Shown here: one piece after another, positions 34,581 to 43,793 of the stretch
How the letters are laid out: each line of letters starts with the position of its first letter
How positions within the stretch are numbered: position 1 is the first letter of the stretch
Sequence record: OM339718.1
Reading direction: 5' to 3' (one strand)
DNA length: 64,000 nt
Made by a program: the position numbers and the translations under genes
The notes under the pieces: generated by a model
The model's input: only the letters and a program-made list of their open reading frames with translations
What the model was told of the DNA's origin: nothing
The model's database searches: none

Positions 34581-34617
34581 TAGATATGAAAAAGCCACCC
34601 CGTAGGATGGCTTAGTA

Positions 34618-35559
34618 TTAACGAATGGCTTTCACAACGCCTGTAGTACGTCTTATGATACTCTCTATAGAGTCGATGGTGTTCTCTTCACCCTTAGTAG
34701 GAACATGCACTGTAGTTGATACAGCGAATGTGACGGTAAAGGTTGCTACCTGAGAATTGTTCTCAAAATCTAGTTGAACTTCACCTACCTCTATGGGAAA
34801 GCACCCTGTATTATGTACAGTGGATTGCTTAACTCCATGACGGTCTAACGTGATGACGTCAATATCCTTTGCATACGTATTATAAAATCCAAATTGTCCA
34901 TTTCTTGGGTTGACAATTGTATTCTGCCATGTTAGCATCAAAGAACGTTCCTCATAAGAAGGGGAACAGTAAAACGTCATACTCATGGTTCCGTAGTTTC
35001 TACCTCTTACTTCGTGTCGAGGTAGTTTGTCTGTACGGTTGATTGTCGTTTCCAAAGTAGAACTAGGAAGACCGACACTCTTTACCATTAATGCTAGATC
35101 TCTGTTTACATCGTAATCAGTCCCCAAAAATCCATCAAGGATCTCTCCTGCTCCCGGTATGATCCGGATCAAGGACGGGTCCCAAGCACCAAAAATCTTC
35201 TTCATGCTAGGCGTGAGGATTTTGTGTGCTTGTCCCAAAGCAATGTCCTGAACTCTATGCCAAGCATAACTTGTACCAGAGAAAAGACTATCATTGACGT
35301 CCATCCCGCTACTTGAATCAGGAAATATTGGTAAATCCCTATCAAAAACACCATCACTGAATATAGAGGTTCGGAAATCTCCGAACCTTACAATAAACAT
35401 GTTTGGTCTAGCCAGATCAGTATTTTCAACTTTCCGCATAAACCTAGTTAGGTCGGGGATCTCGCTTGCATCCCCACCATCGTTTAATAAATCTTCACCA
35501 AACCCGATAGTACTATCTATCATACTATCTATGGTTGGAATAGGTGGTATTAAGTTCAT
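34618..35559 (-). CDS. 54: Baseplate-tail tube junction protein gp54
   Basis: DLARPNMFIVRF, DRDLALMVKSVGLP, MSMTFYCSP, FPIEVGEVQLD; ATG overlaps the gp2 stop. Confidence 0.92.
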   Translation of the reverse strand: MNLIPPIPTIDSMIDSTIGFGEDLLNDGGDASEIPDLTRFMRKVENTDLARPNMFIVRFGDFRTSIFSDGVFDRDLPIFPDSSSGMDVNDSLFSGTSYAWHRVQDIALGQAHKILTPSMKKIFGAWDPSLIRIIPGAGEILDGFLGTDYDVNRDLALMVKSVGLPSSTLETTINRTDKLPRHEVRGRNYGTMSMTFYCSPSYEERSLMLTWQNTIVNPRNGQFGFYNTYAKDIDVITLDRHGVKQSTVHNTGCFPIEVGEVQLDFENNSQVATFTVTFAVSTTVHVPTKGEENTIDSIESIIRRTTGVVKAIR

Positions 35560-36557
35560 TAGTATGATCTCCAAACGGAATTCGTATTATAGGTCTTCGG
35601 AGGAACACCAGATACAAACCGTTGAGTCGGTAGATTAATAACAGAACTCCAATCCTGCGGTTTAATCTCCATTAATGGACCCTTAATATGACCCGGTAAA
35701 TACGCTTTGATCATATGGTCTGCACCTCTCATTCCCTTAACCTTACCCCAGTTGATATTTAGGGATGTACGGTTGGTAATCCTCTCTGTTGTTGCATGTT
35801 TCAGCAACTCTTCCATAAATTCTTTACGGGCTTTGATCGGGATGTAGTGAAGGTTGAGACCCAACATCAAACCTTTGTGTTTTGCACTTAGGCCAAGATA
35901 TACGATCAGGGGGAATTTATCCCAGTACGGTAATGTTGCCTTATGTTTTGCGTCATATGCGAAAGTATACAATCGTCCAGCAATTGGTCTTGTTACTTGG
36001 TGACCACGAACGTTTTTCTTTATGAAATTGTTAAACCATTCCGTTGACTTCTTCTGAGACTTTACAGGCTCTTTTTCGTGTTGTCTTACTTTATTTCTAA
36101 AGTCAGCCAACAACATCTGATATTTTTCGGCTTTAGATAGTTTTCTTCCGCTTATTTGCGCATCTTTTAACTTCTTAGCCAGTAGAATATCTTGCTTGAA
36201 TCTTCTAAATGCCCGCTCCGTAGTTTCTTTATTAAGTCCACGTCCTTCAATATAATTTTTTAGAGTAATGCTACTCTTTTCTTTTTGTGTCAAATAATCA
36301 ACACCAAGCTCAATCCATTGTTGTTTATTCTTGTTTGGGTTTACCAGAGAATAATAAGTCTTTATTTCTTCTCTGTGTCTGCGCATTGCTCTACTGAATG
36401 TTTCATAATTCAACCCTTTTTCCTCTGCATATTTCTTTGCAGTAAGACTTGGGTTCTTTTTCTTGGCGTTCATATAATCAACACCAACATCAATCCATTG
36501 TTTTCTATTGCGTTTTTCTGTTGTGGACTCTGCACGTTCCGTTATTTCGAATATCAT
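35559..36557 (-). CDS. 2: DNA end protector gp2 with duplicated N-terminal module
   Basis: GRLYTFAYDAKHKATLPYWDKFPLI, GLNLHYIP, MIKAYL motifs. Confidence 0.95.
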   Translation of the reverse strand: MIFEITERAESTTEKRNRKQWIDVGVDYMNAKKKNPSLTAKKYAEEKGLNYETFSRAMRRHREEIKTYYSLVNPNKNKQQWIELGVDYLTQKEKSSITLKNYIEGRGLNKETTERAFRRFKQDILLAKKLKDAQISGRKLSKAEKYQMLLADFRNKVRQHEKEPVKSQKKSTEWFNNFIKKNVRGHQVTRPIAGRLYTFAYDAKHKATLPYWDKFPLIVYLGLSAKHKGLMLGLNLHYIPIKARKEFMEELLKHATTERITNRTSLNINWGKVKGMRGADHMIKAYLPGHIKGPLMEIKPQDWSSVINLPTQRFVSGVPPKTYNTNSVWRSY

Positions 36558-37024
36558 TTAGTAAGTCCTTTGAAACCCATTGCTCTCAATGAGTCCTCAT
36601 TAATTATATTAAATCTCCACCCTTTTTTCTTACATAATTCAGCGGTGGTTTTCCATTTGTCGTTATTGACTTGCCATGTATACACAGCTTGAATATAAGC
36701 ATTTTTTGCTTTTAATGTATTTCTTTTTGGTGGTACTGGTGGAAAACATTCTTTTTTAGGCTTAACTTCCCAGAGAGAAATAGAACCGTCTGACCACTGT
36801 ATCCACATATCCATAAAATAACGTCGTTTCTTTCCATCTGCATTAGAAAAATACGGAATGACCATACATTCGCTGTTCCAATATCTAACGTCTGGATTAT
36901 TATCCAACATCTCCATTATATACTTTTCCCACGAACTACGGTAGGTAACCTTTTTTGGGTCTCCTTTATATTTTTCTCTATTCTTTACAAAGTATTGACC
37001 TTTGTATGTATTATTTCCGGCCAT
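36554..37024 (-). CDS. 4: Head completion nuclease gp4 (TnsA-like)
   Basis: YKGDPKKVTYRSSWE, WNSE..VIPY, RRYFMD, EVKP, NDKW..A..C. Confidence 0.95.
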   Translation of the reverse strand: MAGNNTYKGQYFVKNREKYKGDPKKVTYRSSWEKYIMEMLDNNPDVRYWNSECMVIPYFSNADGKKRRYFMDMWIQWSDGSISLWEVKPKKECFPPVPPKRNTLKAKNAYIQAVYTWQVNNDKWKTTAELCKKKGWRFNIINEDSLRAMGFKGLTK

Positions 37025-37045
37025 AATAAATTCTCCTATTTGTTT

Positions 37046-37068
37046 TATTTAGGGTTTGCCCCTAAATA
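37046..37068. promoter_or_regulatory. Back-to-back late promoters forming a palindrome
   Basis: TATTTAGGG-TTTGC-CCCTAAATA between divergent genes 4 and 48. Confidence 0.8.
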
Positions 37069-37093
37069 CAAGTAAACAACATGAGGTTTAAAA

Positions 37094-38152
37094 ATGAAAG
37101 TTAATATTCTCAATGGGGTTAACAGAGCTACTGGTGGTAGTTTCAACCCACTCACTGACACTAAGTCAGAGGGAACTGATCTTATTATAGAAAATAAAAA
37201 CTCTAAGAAACCCGGTATAAAGGCTTTGCAGTACCCATTAACCATGAAGGGTAGTGACAACAAACATTCTTCCTATTTAGTTTTCTATGCGGTGAAACCA
37301 ACAAATGGGGGGCTTAAAAATAGTGATATACACGAACGTTCTATGAGGTCTGTTAAGGGTAAATTCAACGAAGAAACCCTAGCCGTTATTCAGCTATATA
37401 TGCCAAACATGAACGAAAACATTAGTCATAATTATGAAGATAACGATGGTGGATTCCTTCAAGATATAGTTATGAACTACCAAGCCAACGCATCAGAAAG
37501 AGATGGAACATTGGATAGCATTGCAAACGGTGGTAAAGCCGTTGTAAACGCGATGGCTCAAAAGGTTATCGTCTCCACTGGTGGTATTGCACAGCGATAT
37601 AATTCTCAGGTAACTGGTAATTTGCTTGGTGATCGAGCCGCCCAAATGTATCGTGGTACTGGTGTACGTTCCCAAACATTTATATTTCAATTCCGACCGA
37701 GGTCTATGGCAGAATTAAAAGAGGTTGGACAAATAATTAAAACTTTTATGGTTCTTAGTGCTGCCGAAAACAAAGGGGCTGTAGATCTTGCTTCTCTTGG
37801 AATTGGTACGGATTCAGAACTTGGTGCGGGTGAAGGGTATACTTATCTCGAAGTACCCCCTTTGTGGTTTATAGAAGAAAGGGTAAGTCAAAGTCAAGAA
37901 CAGAAGATTAGATTTACACCTAAATTCGCAATGGGTCCAGCCGGTATTAGTAATATCCGGATCAACAAAACCCCAGACCAAATATATGATACATTCGCGT
38001 CAACGGCTGCGGATTCCGTCGCAATAGATCTAGAAATAACTGTTACAGAACTTCGTCCGGTTTATCGCGATTACTGGGAAGCTCTTACATCAGATTTGGG
38101 TAATCCTGATTCTGGTGAATTCTTCTTCGGTTCGTATGGAGGTAAGAGATAA
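37094..38152 (+). CDS. 48: Baseplate tail-tube cap gp48
   Basis: LQYP, IQLYMP, QMYRG...R.Q.F.F.F.PRS..E, FTPKF.MGPAGIS. Confidence 0.9.
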   Translation: MKVNILNGVNRATGGSFNPLTDTKSEGTDLIIENKNSKKPGIKALQYPLTMKGSDNKHSSYLVFYAVKPTNGGLKNSDIHERSMRSVKGKFNEETLAVIQLYMPNMNENISHNYEDNDGGFLQDIVMNYQANASERDGTLDSIANGGKAVVNAMAQKVIVSTGGIAQRYNSQVTGNLLGDRAAQMYRGTGVRSQTFIFQFRPRSMAELKEVGQIIKTFMVLSAAENKGAVDLASLGIGTDSELGAGEGYTYLEVPPLWFIEERVSQSQEQKIRFTPKFAMGPAGISNIRINKTPDQIYDTFASTAADSVAIDLEITVTELRPVYRDYWEALTSDLGNPDSGEFFFGSYGGKR

Positions 38153-38718
38153 TGCTATTTAACTATTTTCCCCCTATAAAATATAATGGGGCTCCAACTG
38201 CTGATATATTTCGTCCACATGGAAACTATTTTGATGATATTTTAAGCAAATTCATTGTAAGAAAATATATCGTCTCTGGTTCTCCTAGACCAGAAGTTGT
38301 TTCCTACGATTTATATGGGGATACGAAATATTATTGGATCCTACTATTTCTTAACCAAGTATACGATCCTTTTTATGATTGGATATGTGAAGAAGAAATA
38401 GTTCATCAATATACAGCGCAAAAATATAAAAACCTACCAGCAAAAGAGGGAACTGTTTTATATCATATTGATGAAAATGGTGAGATGTATTTTCGTATGA
38501 AAGAATATCCGGTTGGTTCTGGTGTTTGGTATGATGAAGGGGATACCGCCCATCTATATAAACAGTATGTCGGGACTTTAGTCCCTGTTACTGCCATAGA
38601 ACATGAATTAGCAACCAACGAATCCAAGAGAACCATAAACGTTTTAAATCCGTCAGATTTGGGTAGGTTTATGGATGAATACACAAGATTAATGGAGCGT
38701 ATCCGTGGGAATAAGTAG
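38152..38718 (+). CDS. 53: Baseplate wedge gp53 (LysM-like)
   Basis: RPEVVSYDLYGDTKYYWILLFLNQVYDPFYDW. Confidence 0.95.
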   Translation: MLFNYFPPIKYNGAPTADIFRPHGNYFDDILSKFIVRKYIVSGSPRPEVVSYDLYGDTKYYWILLFLNQVYDPFYDWICEEEIVHQYTAQKYKNLPAKEGTVLYHIDENGEMYFRMKEYPVGSGVWYDEGDTAHLYKQYVGTLVPVTAIEHELATNESKRTINVLNPSDLGRFMDEYTRLMERIRGNK

Positions 38719-39943
38719 ACGCAGTACGGCGGCGTATGAAAACTTTACCATTGAGCGTATTGTTTTCTTTCAAAGCTTGGATAGTGAAGGGTTTGATATA
38801 ACTGATATATTCAAATCCTTCTCTATATATGAAGGGATTAGTCAAGGGTTGCTGAAAGGCACCCTTGAATTTGTTGATTTCATGAATTTAATAAACTCAA
38901 TTAATCCAAGAGGTGATGAGAAGGTACAAATAAGTTTTAGATCCGTACATTTAAACGGGGTGGATGCAAAAACGTATTCTAAAATATTCAAAGTTACTCG
39001 TTACGAAGATATTACAAACCCAAATACACAAACTCAAAAGTTTGTAAGACTTCATCTTGTATCCGAACAAGATCACAAGAATGAATATAGTCGGATCAGT
39101 AAAAGCTATAAGGGGACATCCATTCATGCAATCGTTTCTGATATGCTCCGGGTGATTGGGTTCACTGACGAAACCATATTTGTCGAACCAACGCTTTATA
39201 ACCGGGATATTGTAATCCCAAATTTAACACCGATATCAGTTATTAATTTCTTAGCTTCTTCTGCACAATCATCAGATGTTAATTCAAAGGGTGATAGTAA
39301 TTTCTACTTTTATGAGGATGTAGATGGAGCCAAATTCAGAACTGGTACATCCATGATGGTTGGAGACCCGGTTGTTGACCTGATATTTGAAGCAACCCAC
39401 GACACTACAATGTATAACAAGATAATCAAGATGCAGCGTGTTAAGGGATACAACATACCAGAACAATATAGGAATGGTGGTCTAGGCGTTAACGTTCATT
39501 CGATGTCTTTGGATAAAAAGCTTTATACAAATAATTATCAGGATTATACGTCTGTAAAAGATGTATATCCAACATTAAACCCAGAACCGTGGTTTGGTGG
39601 TGATATAAAACCAGAAAGAAATGCATGTGTTTATTTCACAACAGAAGATCAGATGTATAAGTATATCAATATGGGTTCTAATGGTAACTCTCTTGGTATA
39701 AGAGCAACAAACCGAACCTCACTAAACGCTAAAAGAATGCTTATTCAAGTTGCCGGTAATTCGGACCTGAGTTGTGGTCAGGTGGTAAATATTATTGCTG
39801 GTGATATGAATGGTGAAATGACATCAAAAGATGCAGGGCGCTGGCTTATCAACTCAATAAATCATGTATGTACACAGGGCTCTTATATCATGAACTTAGA
39901 ATTGATATCTGATTCCGATACTAGAGGGAAGGATATACAATGA
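38705..39943 (+). CDS. 27: Baseplate hub gp27
   Basis: SIYEG, ISKSYKG, FYFYED, GRWLINSINH; upstream of gp5. Confidence 0.85.
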   Translation: MGISRRSTAAYENFTIERIVFFQSLDSEGFDITDIFKSFSIYEGISQGLLKGTLEFVDFMNLINSINPRGDEKVQISFRSVHLNGVDAKTYSKIFKVTRYEDITNPNTQTQKFVRLHLVSEQDHKNEYSRISKSYKGTSIHAIVSDMLRVIGFTDETIFVEPTLYNRDIVIPNLTPISVINFLASSAQSSDVNSKGDSNFYFYEDVDGAKFRTGTSMMVGDPVVDLIFEATHDTTMYNKIIKMQRVKGYNIPEQYRNGGLGVNVHSMSLDKKLYTNNYQDYTSVKDVYPTLNPEPWFGGDIKPERNACVYFTTEDQMYKYINMGSNGNSLGIRATNRTSLNAKRMLIQVAGNSDLSCGQVVNIIAGDMNGEMTSKDAGRWLINSINHVCTQGSYIMNLELISDSDTRGKDIQ

Positions 39944-41778
39944 AATTTGAATTCTTTTTTGGCGTTGTAGAGGATCGTTTTGATCCTCTTAATCAAGGGA
40001 GATATAGAGTTCGTGTGATGGGATACCACACTGATCAAAAATCAAAAGATGATTTGATTGGTATACCTACCGATGAGCTTCTTTGGATGCGTTGTGCCAC
40101 GTCAACGGATTCAGCCTCTATATCTGGTGTAGGAAATAGCCCAACAAACCTAGTAGAGGGTGTGTGGGTGATGGGGGTTTTCAAGGATGAGTTTAAACAG
40201 GATGGTTTAATACTTTTTTCTATCCCCGGATCTTATGTCCAAAAACCAAATACTCTACGGGGATTCTGTGACCCAACAGGTCAATACCCTCGTTATATTG
40301 GTAACGACGTTAATATATTAGCCGGTGGTGGGCAAAAGGGTAATGGGATCCATGGAACGGCACCAGTTTCTATTGATGGGAAGCCGCTATCGGTTTATAC
40401 TCAGGATGAAAATACTTCTGGTGCATTAGCCCCTGATGACAAATCATTTGACGATGCAATTGCAGATGATGATCCAGATTTCACAATTGAAAAAATGTTG
40501 AAGGGAGACGAAGGGGTTAGGAACAAATGGTATCTCGATTCTCTTGGATATCCAACCATAGGTATTGGTCATCTAATCATACATGAGAATACACGAAACG
40601 TAGCCCGTATAGATGCGATTCTAACCCAACAGTTGGGTCATCCTGTACAAGGGGGTGTGATCTCCCCAGAAGACGTTACAAAGCTGTTTAACGAGGATAT
40701 CCAAAAGACTCGTGCTGATATGATGAGATTCGAAAATATACGTCGTGTCTACGTCAAAGAAAATAGAAGTCGTCAAATGGCTTTAGAAAATATGGCGTTT
40801 CAGATGGGGGCTGGCGGATTAGCGAAATTCAAAAATACACTAAACGCTATGTATGAAGAACGTTGGCGAGATGCATATAATGGTATGCTCGACTCTCTTT
40901 GGGCTAGACAAACTCCGGGTCGAGCGAATCGGGTTGCCAAGATTATTTTAACCGGAAACCTAGAGTCTTATGGAGTAAAACCAAAACCAGAGGAACAGCC
41001 TATTATCCCAATATCTGGGAGAATGAAGCGTTCTATTATGGCATTGTCCTCTCCTGTTGTTTTTGCTGACGAAGTAGACCCAGATGATCCGTCCGTTCCA
41101 CCACCACCTCGTACTGATGGTCTTCTTTTCGAAGAACCACCCAGCGCATATGCTGCTGAATACCCATATAACCATGTATATGAATCGGAGAGTGGTCATA
41201 TTCAGGAATTTGATGATACTCCGGGGAAAGAACGATATAACCTGAAACATACATCAGGGACGTATATTGAGATTTCTGGTGGTGGTCGTCAAGTAAACAA
41301 AGTTATGGGTGATGACTATGTTATCGATATGGCAAACCGGATGATCAACGTAAAGGGTGATTATCAGGTAGTTGTTGAAGGTAACGCGACTGTATACGTT
41401 ATGGGTAACTGTACCCAGCAAGTTGATGGAAACTTGACTCAGGTTGTCAAAGGAAACGTATCTGAATCGGTTTATGGTAACGTTGAACAGTCGGTGAAGG
41501 GGAACGTTAAGCAAACTGTTAACGGTGGCTTAGAATCGCGTATAGACGCTGATGTGACCCTATCTGTCGGTGGTAGTGTTGTTAGTGATATAGAAGGGAA
41601 TTTAACTGCAACAGTTCAAGGTAATTGCAACGAGAACGTAGAGGGTGATATGAACCTTAATGTTTTTGGTGATTATACAGTTACTGTATCTGGTGACTAT
41701 AAATCGCAAGCTGCTCAATCTCTTATTACCTCTCAGGGTACGACCGAGATTAGTGGTTCTACTGTTAGTATTAACTAA
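39940..41778 (+). CDS. 5: Tail-associated lysozyme/cell-puncturing needle gp5
   Basis: OB-fold (GVVEDRFDPL.QGRYRVRV.G), lysozyme domain (DEG...DSLGYPTIGIGH), YPYNHVYESESGH, VxG octapeptide beta-helix repeats. Confidence 0.97.
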   Translation: MKFEFFFGVVEDRFDPLNQGRYRVRVMGYHTDQKSKDDLIGIPTDELLWMRCATSTDSASISGVGNSPTNLVEGVWVMGVFKDEFKQDGLILFSIPGSYVQKPNTLRGFCDPTGQYPRYIGNDVNILAGGGQKGNGIHGTAPVSIDGKPLSVYTQDENTSGALAPDDKSFDDAIADDDPDFTIEKMLKGDEGVRNKWYLDSLGYPTIGIGHLIIHENTRNVARIDAILTQQLGHPVQGGVISPEDVTKLFNEDIQKTRADMMRFENIRRVYVKENRSRQMALENMAFQMGAGGLAKFKNTLNAMYEERWRDAYNGMLDSLWARQTPGRANRVAKIILTGNLESYGVKPKPEEQPIIPISGRMKRSIMALSSPVVFADEVDPDDPSVPPPPRTDGLLFEEPPSAYAAEYPYNHVYESESGHIQEFDDTPGKERYNLKHTSGTYIEISGGGRQVNKVMGDDYVIDMANRMINVKGDYQVVVEGNATVYVMGNCTQQVDGNLTQVVKGNVSESVYGNVEQSVKGNVKQTVNGGLESRIDADVTLSVGGSVVSDIEGNLTATVQGNCNENVEGDMNLNVFGDYTVTVSGDYKSQAAQSLITSQGTTEISGSTVSIN

Positions 41779-41780
41779 CG

Positions 41781-41809
41781 AAAAGGGATCCCAAATCGGG
41801 ATCCCTTTT
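41781..41809. terminator. Bidirectional terminator
   Basis: AAAAGGGATCCC-AAATC-GGGATCCCTTTT. Confidence 0.9.
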
Positions 41810-41812
41810 GTT

Positions 41813-42088
41813 TTAGATGTCGTCTGCACTTTGTTTGATATATTCTTGGAGTGCTTCTTTTTCAAGTCCCCACACAAATGATAGAGTGCCGCCACCTACA
41901 TCAATTTCAAATGGACAGAAATCCCAATAAATGGTTTCTTTCATCTTTACTTCCATTAGAAGTTCTTCATCTTCCACTTTATCAAAGTTCTTTTCGATAA
42001 AGTTTTTTAGTTCTCGACGAACTCGAAAATTATGAACCTGATTTTCTTTAAAACCAGCAAAATTAGTTCCTACATAAATTAGTTTCAT
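41813..42088 (-). CDS. Hypothetical protein
   Basis: 91-aa ORF with AAGGA RBS. Confidence 0.75.
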   Translation of the reverse strand: MKLIYVGTNFAGFKENQVHNFRVRRELKNFIEKNFDKVEDEELLMEVKMKETIYWDFCPFEIDVGGGTLSFVWGLEKEALQEYIKQSADDI

Positions 42089-42099
42089 ATTTATTTTCC

Positions 42100-42486
42100 T
42101 TATAGAGATTCCAACATTTCATCAATTCGATGTACTTGCTTCATCAATTCTTTGCGCAACACCAATAATTCATTTTTGGTTTTGTTTACCTTCGGAGGTT
42201 CATAAGATTCCTCATCATCTGATTCTGCTATCATAAGGTGATTCTGCTATCATAAGGCATTCTTTCATCTCTTTCGAAGTAAAGATTGGGCTGAATTCAT
42301 TTAGATTTTCATATCCTTCTATTTTATAGATTTCATCTTCCTGTTTTTCGTCGACAAAAAAGATATCCATACCAAGTGTTTCCACTATGATGCGATTATT
42401 TTCCTCGTTGCAATCTTTTTTCCGAGCTGGATAAATTTTTCCATTGCTTCTTCGTTTTTGAATTTGAATTTATTGTACATCAGCAT
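42100..42486 (-). pseudogene. Disrupted hypothetical gene (A6 run and 19-bp tandem duplication)
   Basis: Start (GAGGG RBS) and end are in the same frame, but the middle is in the -1 frame, bounded by A-AAA-AAG (42415-42421) and the duplicate 42220-42238/42239-42257. Confidence 0.65.
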
Positions 42487-42515
42487 ACTATACCCTCTAT
42501 TTTATATGAACAACC

Positions 42516-42522
42516 CTAAATA
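42516..42522 (+). promoter_or_regulatory. Late promoter CTAAATA
   Basis: Upstream of 5.1 with GGAGG RBS. Confidence 0.75.
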
Positions 42523-42544
42523 CTCCATAATGGAGGATTTTTAT

Positions 42545-43057
42545 ATGGCACAGATTAACACACCTACCAACTGGAAGTCAACCATTTTTGATGGAGAAAC
42601 TTCTGTGGATAGCTTGTTTAGCTATACACTAACCGCATCTGAACAACTGGTGAGTTTTACGGTGGTTCCATCAGAAGACCTATCACCGGATGGAATTTTT
42701 CTTGATGGTAACAGATTACATGGGAAAGTCAATGACTATTTTGATGGGAAAGTAGATTTGGTTCTAAAGTATAGGGATAGGACATCTCTACAGATATCAC
42801 AAACAAATTCGTTCGCTTCTTTACCAGAACCAACTACTTGTGACCTCATAGCATTTAATCCACCAAGCGAATTAAAAAAGGTTGTTACTTATACACAGAC
42901 ATTGGTTTATGACGATATTACTGACCCCACACTACCAATTAGAAAAACAGTTAGTGATTCTATAAATATGACTATCATAGGTTCTTTTGATGGTTGGGTT
43001 GCAAAATTTAGAGCGTATGTATCTTCGTCTGGACCTTTTCCAAAATTGGGGATATGA
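42545..43057 (+). CDS. 5.1: gp5.1-like virion protein
   Basis: LKYR...DL..F.PPSEL.K..TYT..L.Y...IIG..DGW...FR.YV resembles T4 5.1. Confidence 0.75.
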   Translation: MAQINTPTNWKSTIFDGETSVDSLFSYTLTASEQLVSFTVVPSEDLSPDGIFLDGNRLHGKVNDYFDGKVDLVLKYRDRTSLQISQTNSFASLPEPTTCDLIAFNPPSELKKVVTYTQTLVYDDITDPTLPIRKTVSDSINMTIIGSFDGWVAKFRAYVSSSGPFPKLGI

Positions 43058-43356
43058 AAATGGCAGGTTTAGTATTAAATGGTGCAAAAACTGTTGGACC
43101 GGGGCCTTGGTTACCAAGTCGGGTTATTGGAACCACAACTACGGTTTTTGCTAACGGAAAACAAATTCTAGTTAGAGAAGATGATAGGGTGATTACTCAC
43201 ATAAAGCCCGGTGATGACCCAAGTCCGAAGTCTGGACTTGTTATCGCCAGTAGCGCGAAAGTATTCATCGAAGGGAAACGGGTTGCGCAATTAGCAGATC
43301 TTTGTACAGAAGGGGAAGTTATTGTGGAATGTTCATCTAATGTATTTGTTGTTTGA
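43054..43356 (+). CDS. 5.4: PAAR-like spike tip protein gp5.4
   Basis: Three PAAR-type repeats (VFANGK, KVFIEGK, SSNVFV); aligns with T4 5.4. Confidence 0.88.
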   Translation: MKMAGLVLNGAKTVGPGPWLPSRVIGTTTTVFANGKQILVREDDRVITHIKPGDDPSPKSGLVIASSAKVFIEGKRVAQLADLCTEGEVIVECSSNVFVV

Positions 43357-43364
43357 GGTTTATT

Positions 43365-43793
43365 ATGGCTGGATTTTTTGGAAACAGATTAAAAATTATC
43401 ACAAACGAGAAAACTGTCTATTATACAGATATAGACCCTAATTTTCGTCGTGATATAAAGACAAACGATGTTCTTATGACACAGAACATCGGTGCTGTGC
43501 AATTGTCAATGGCTGGTATTATAGCAACTAGGAAGCGCGAAAAACCGTTTGATCCTGATTTCGGCTGTGATATTAGTGCAGAACTATTTGAATTAATGAA
43601 TGATGCGTCAACTAGTGCGGTTGAACGAAGTATATATGATGCAATAAGAAACTATGAACCTCGTGTGAAATTGAGGCAGGTGCAAGTTGTTCCTTTATAC
43701 GACAGAAACGAATATATAGTTTCTATTTATTATTCTCTTATCACAAATTTATCAACTGTTGTTGAACTAAAAATGGAACTATCAAATGGCTAA
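43365..43793 (+). CDS. 25: Baseplate wedge gp25
   Basis: YTDIDPNF, KREKPFDPDFGCDI, AIRNYEPRV. Confidence 0.95.
   Translation: MAGFFGNRLKIITNEKTVYYTDIDPNFRRDIKTNDVLMTQNIGAVQLSMAGIIATRKREKPFDPDFGCDISAELFELMNDASTSAVERSIYDAIRNYEPRVKLRQVQVVPLYDRNEYIVSIYYSLITNLSTVVELKMELSNG

Noticed and set aside
39940-41778. Duplicated endolysin as a novelty
   Set aside because: The gp5 lysozyme domain paralogous to gp e is standard in T4-like phages
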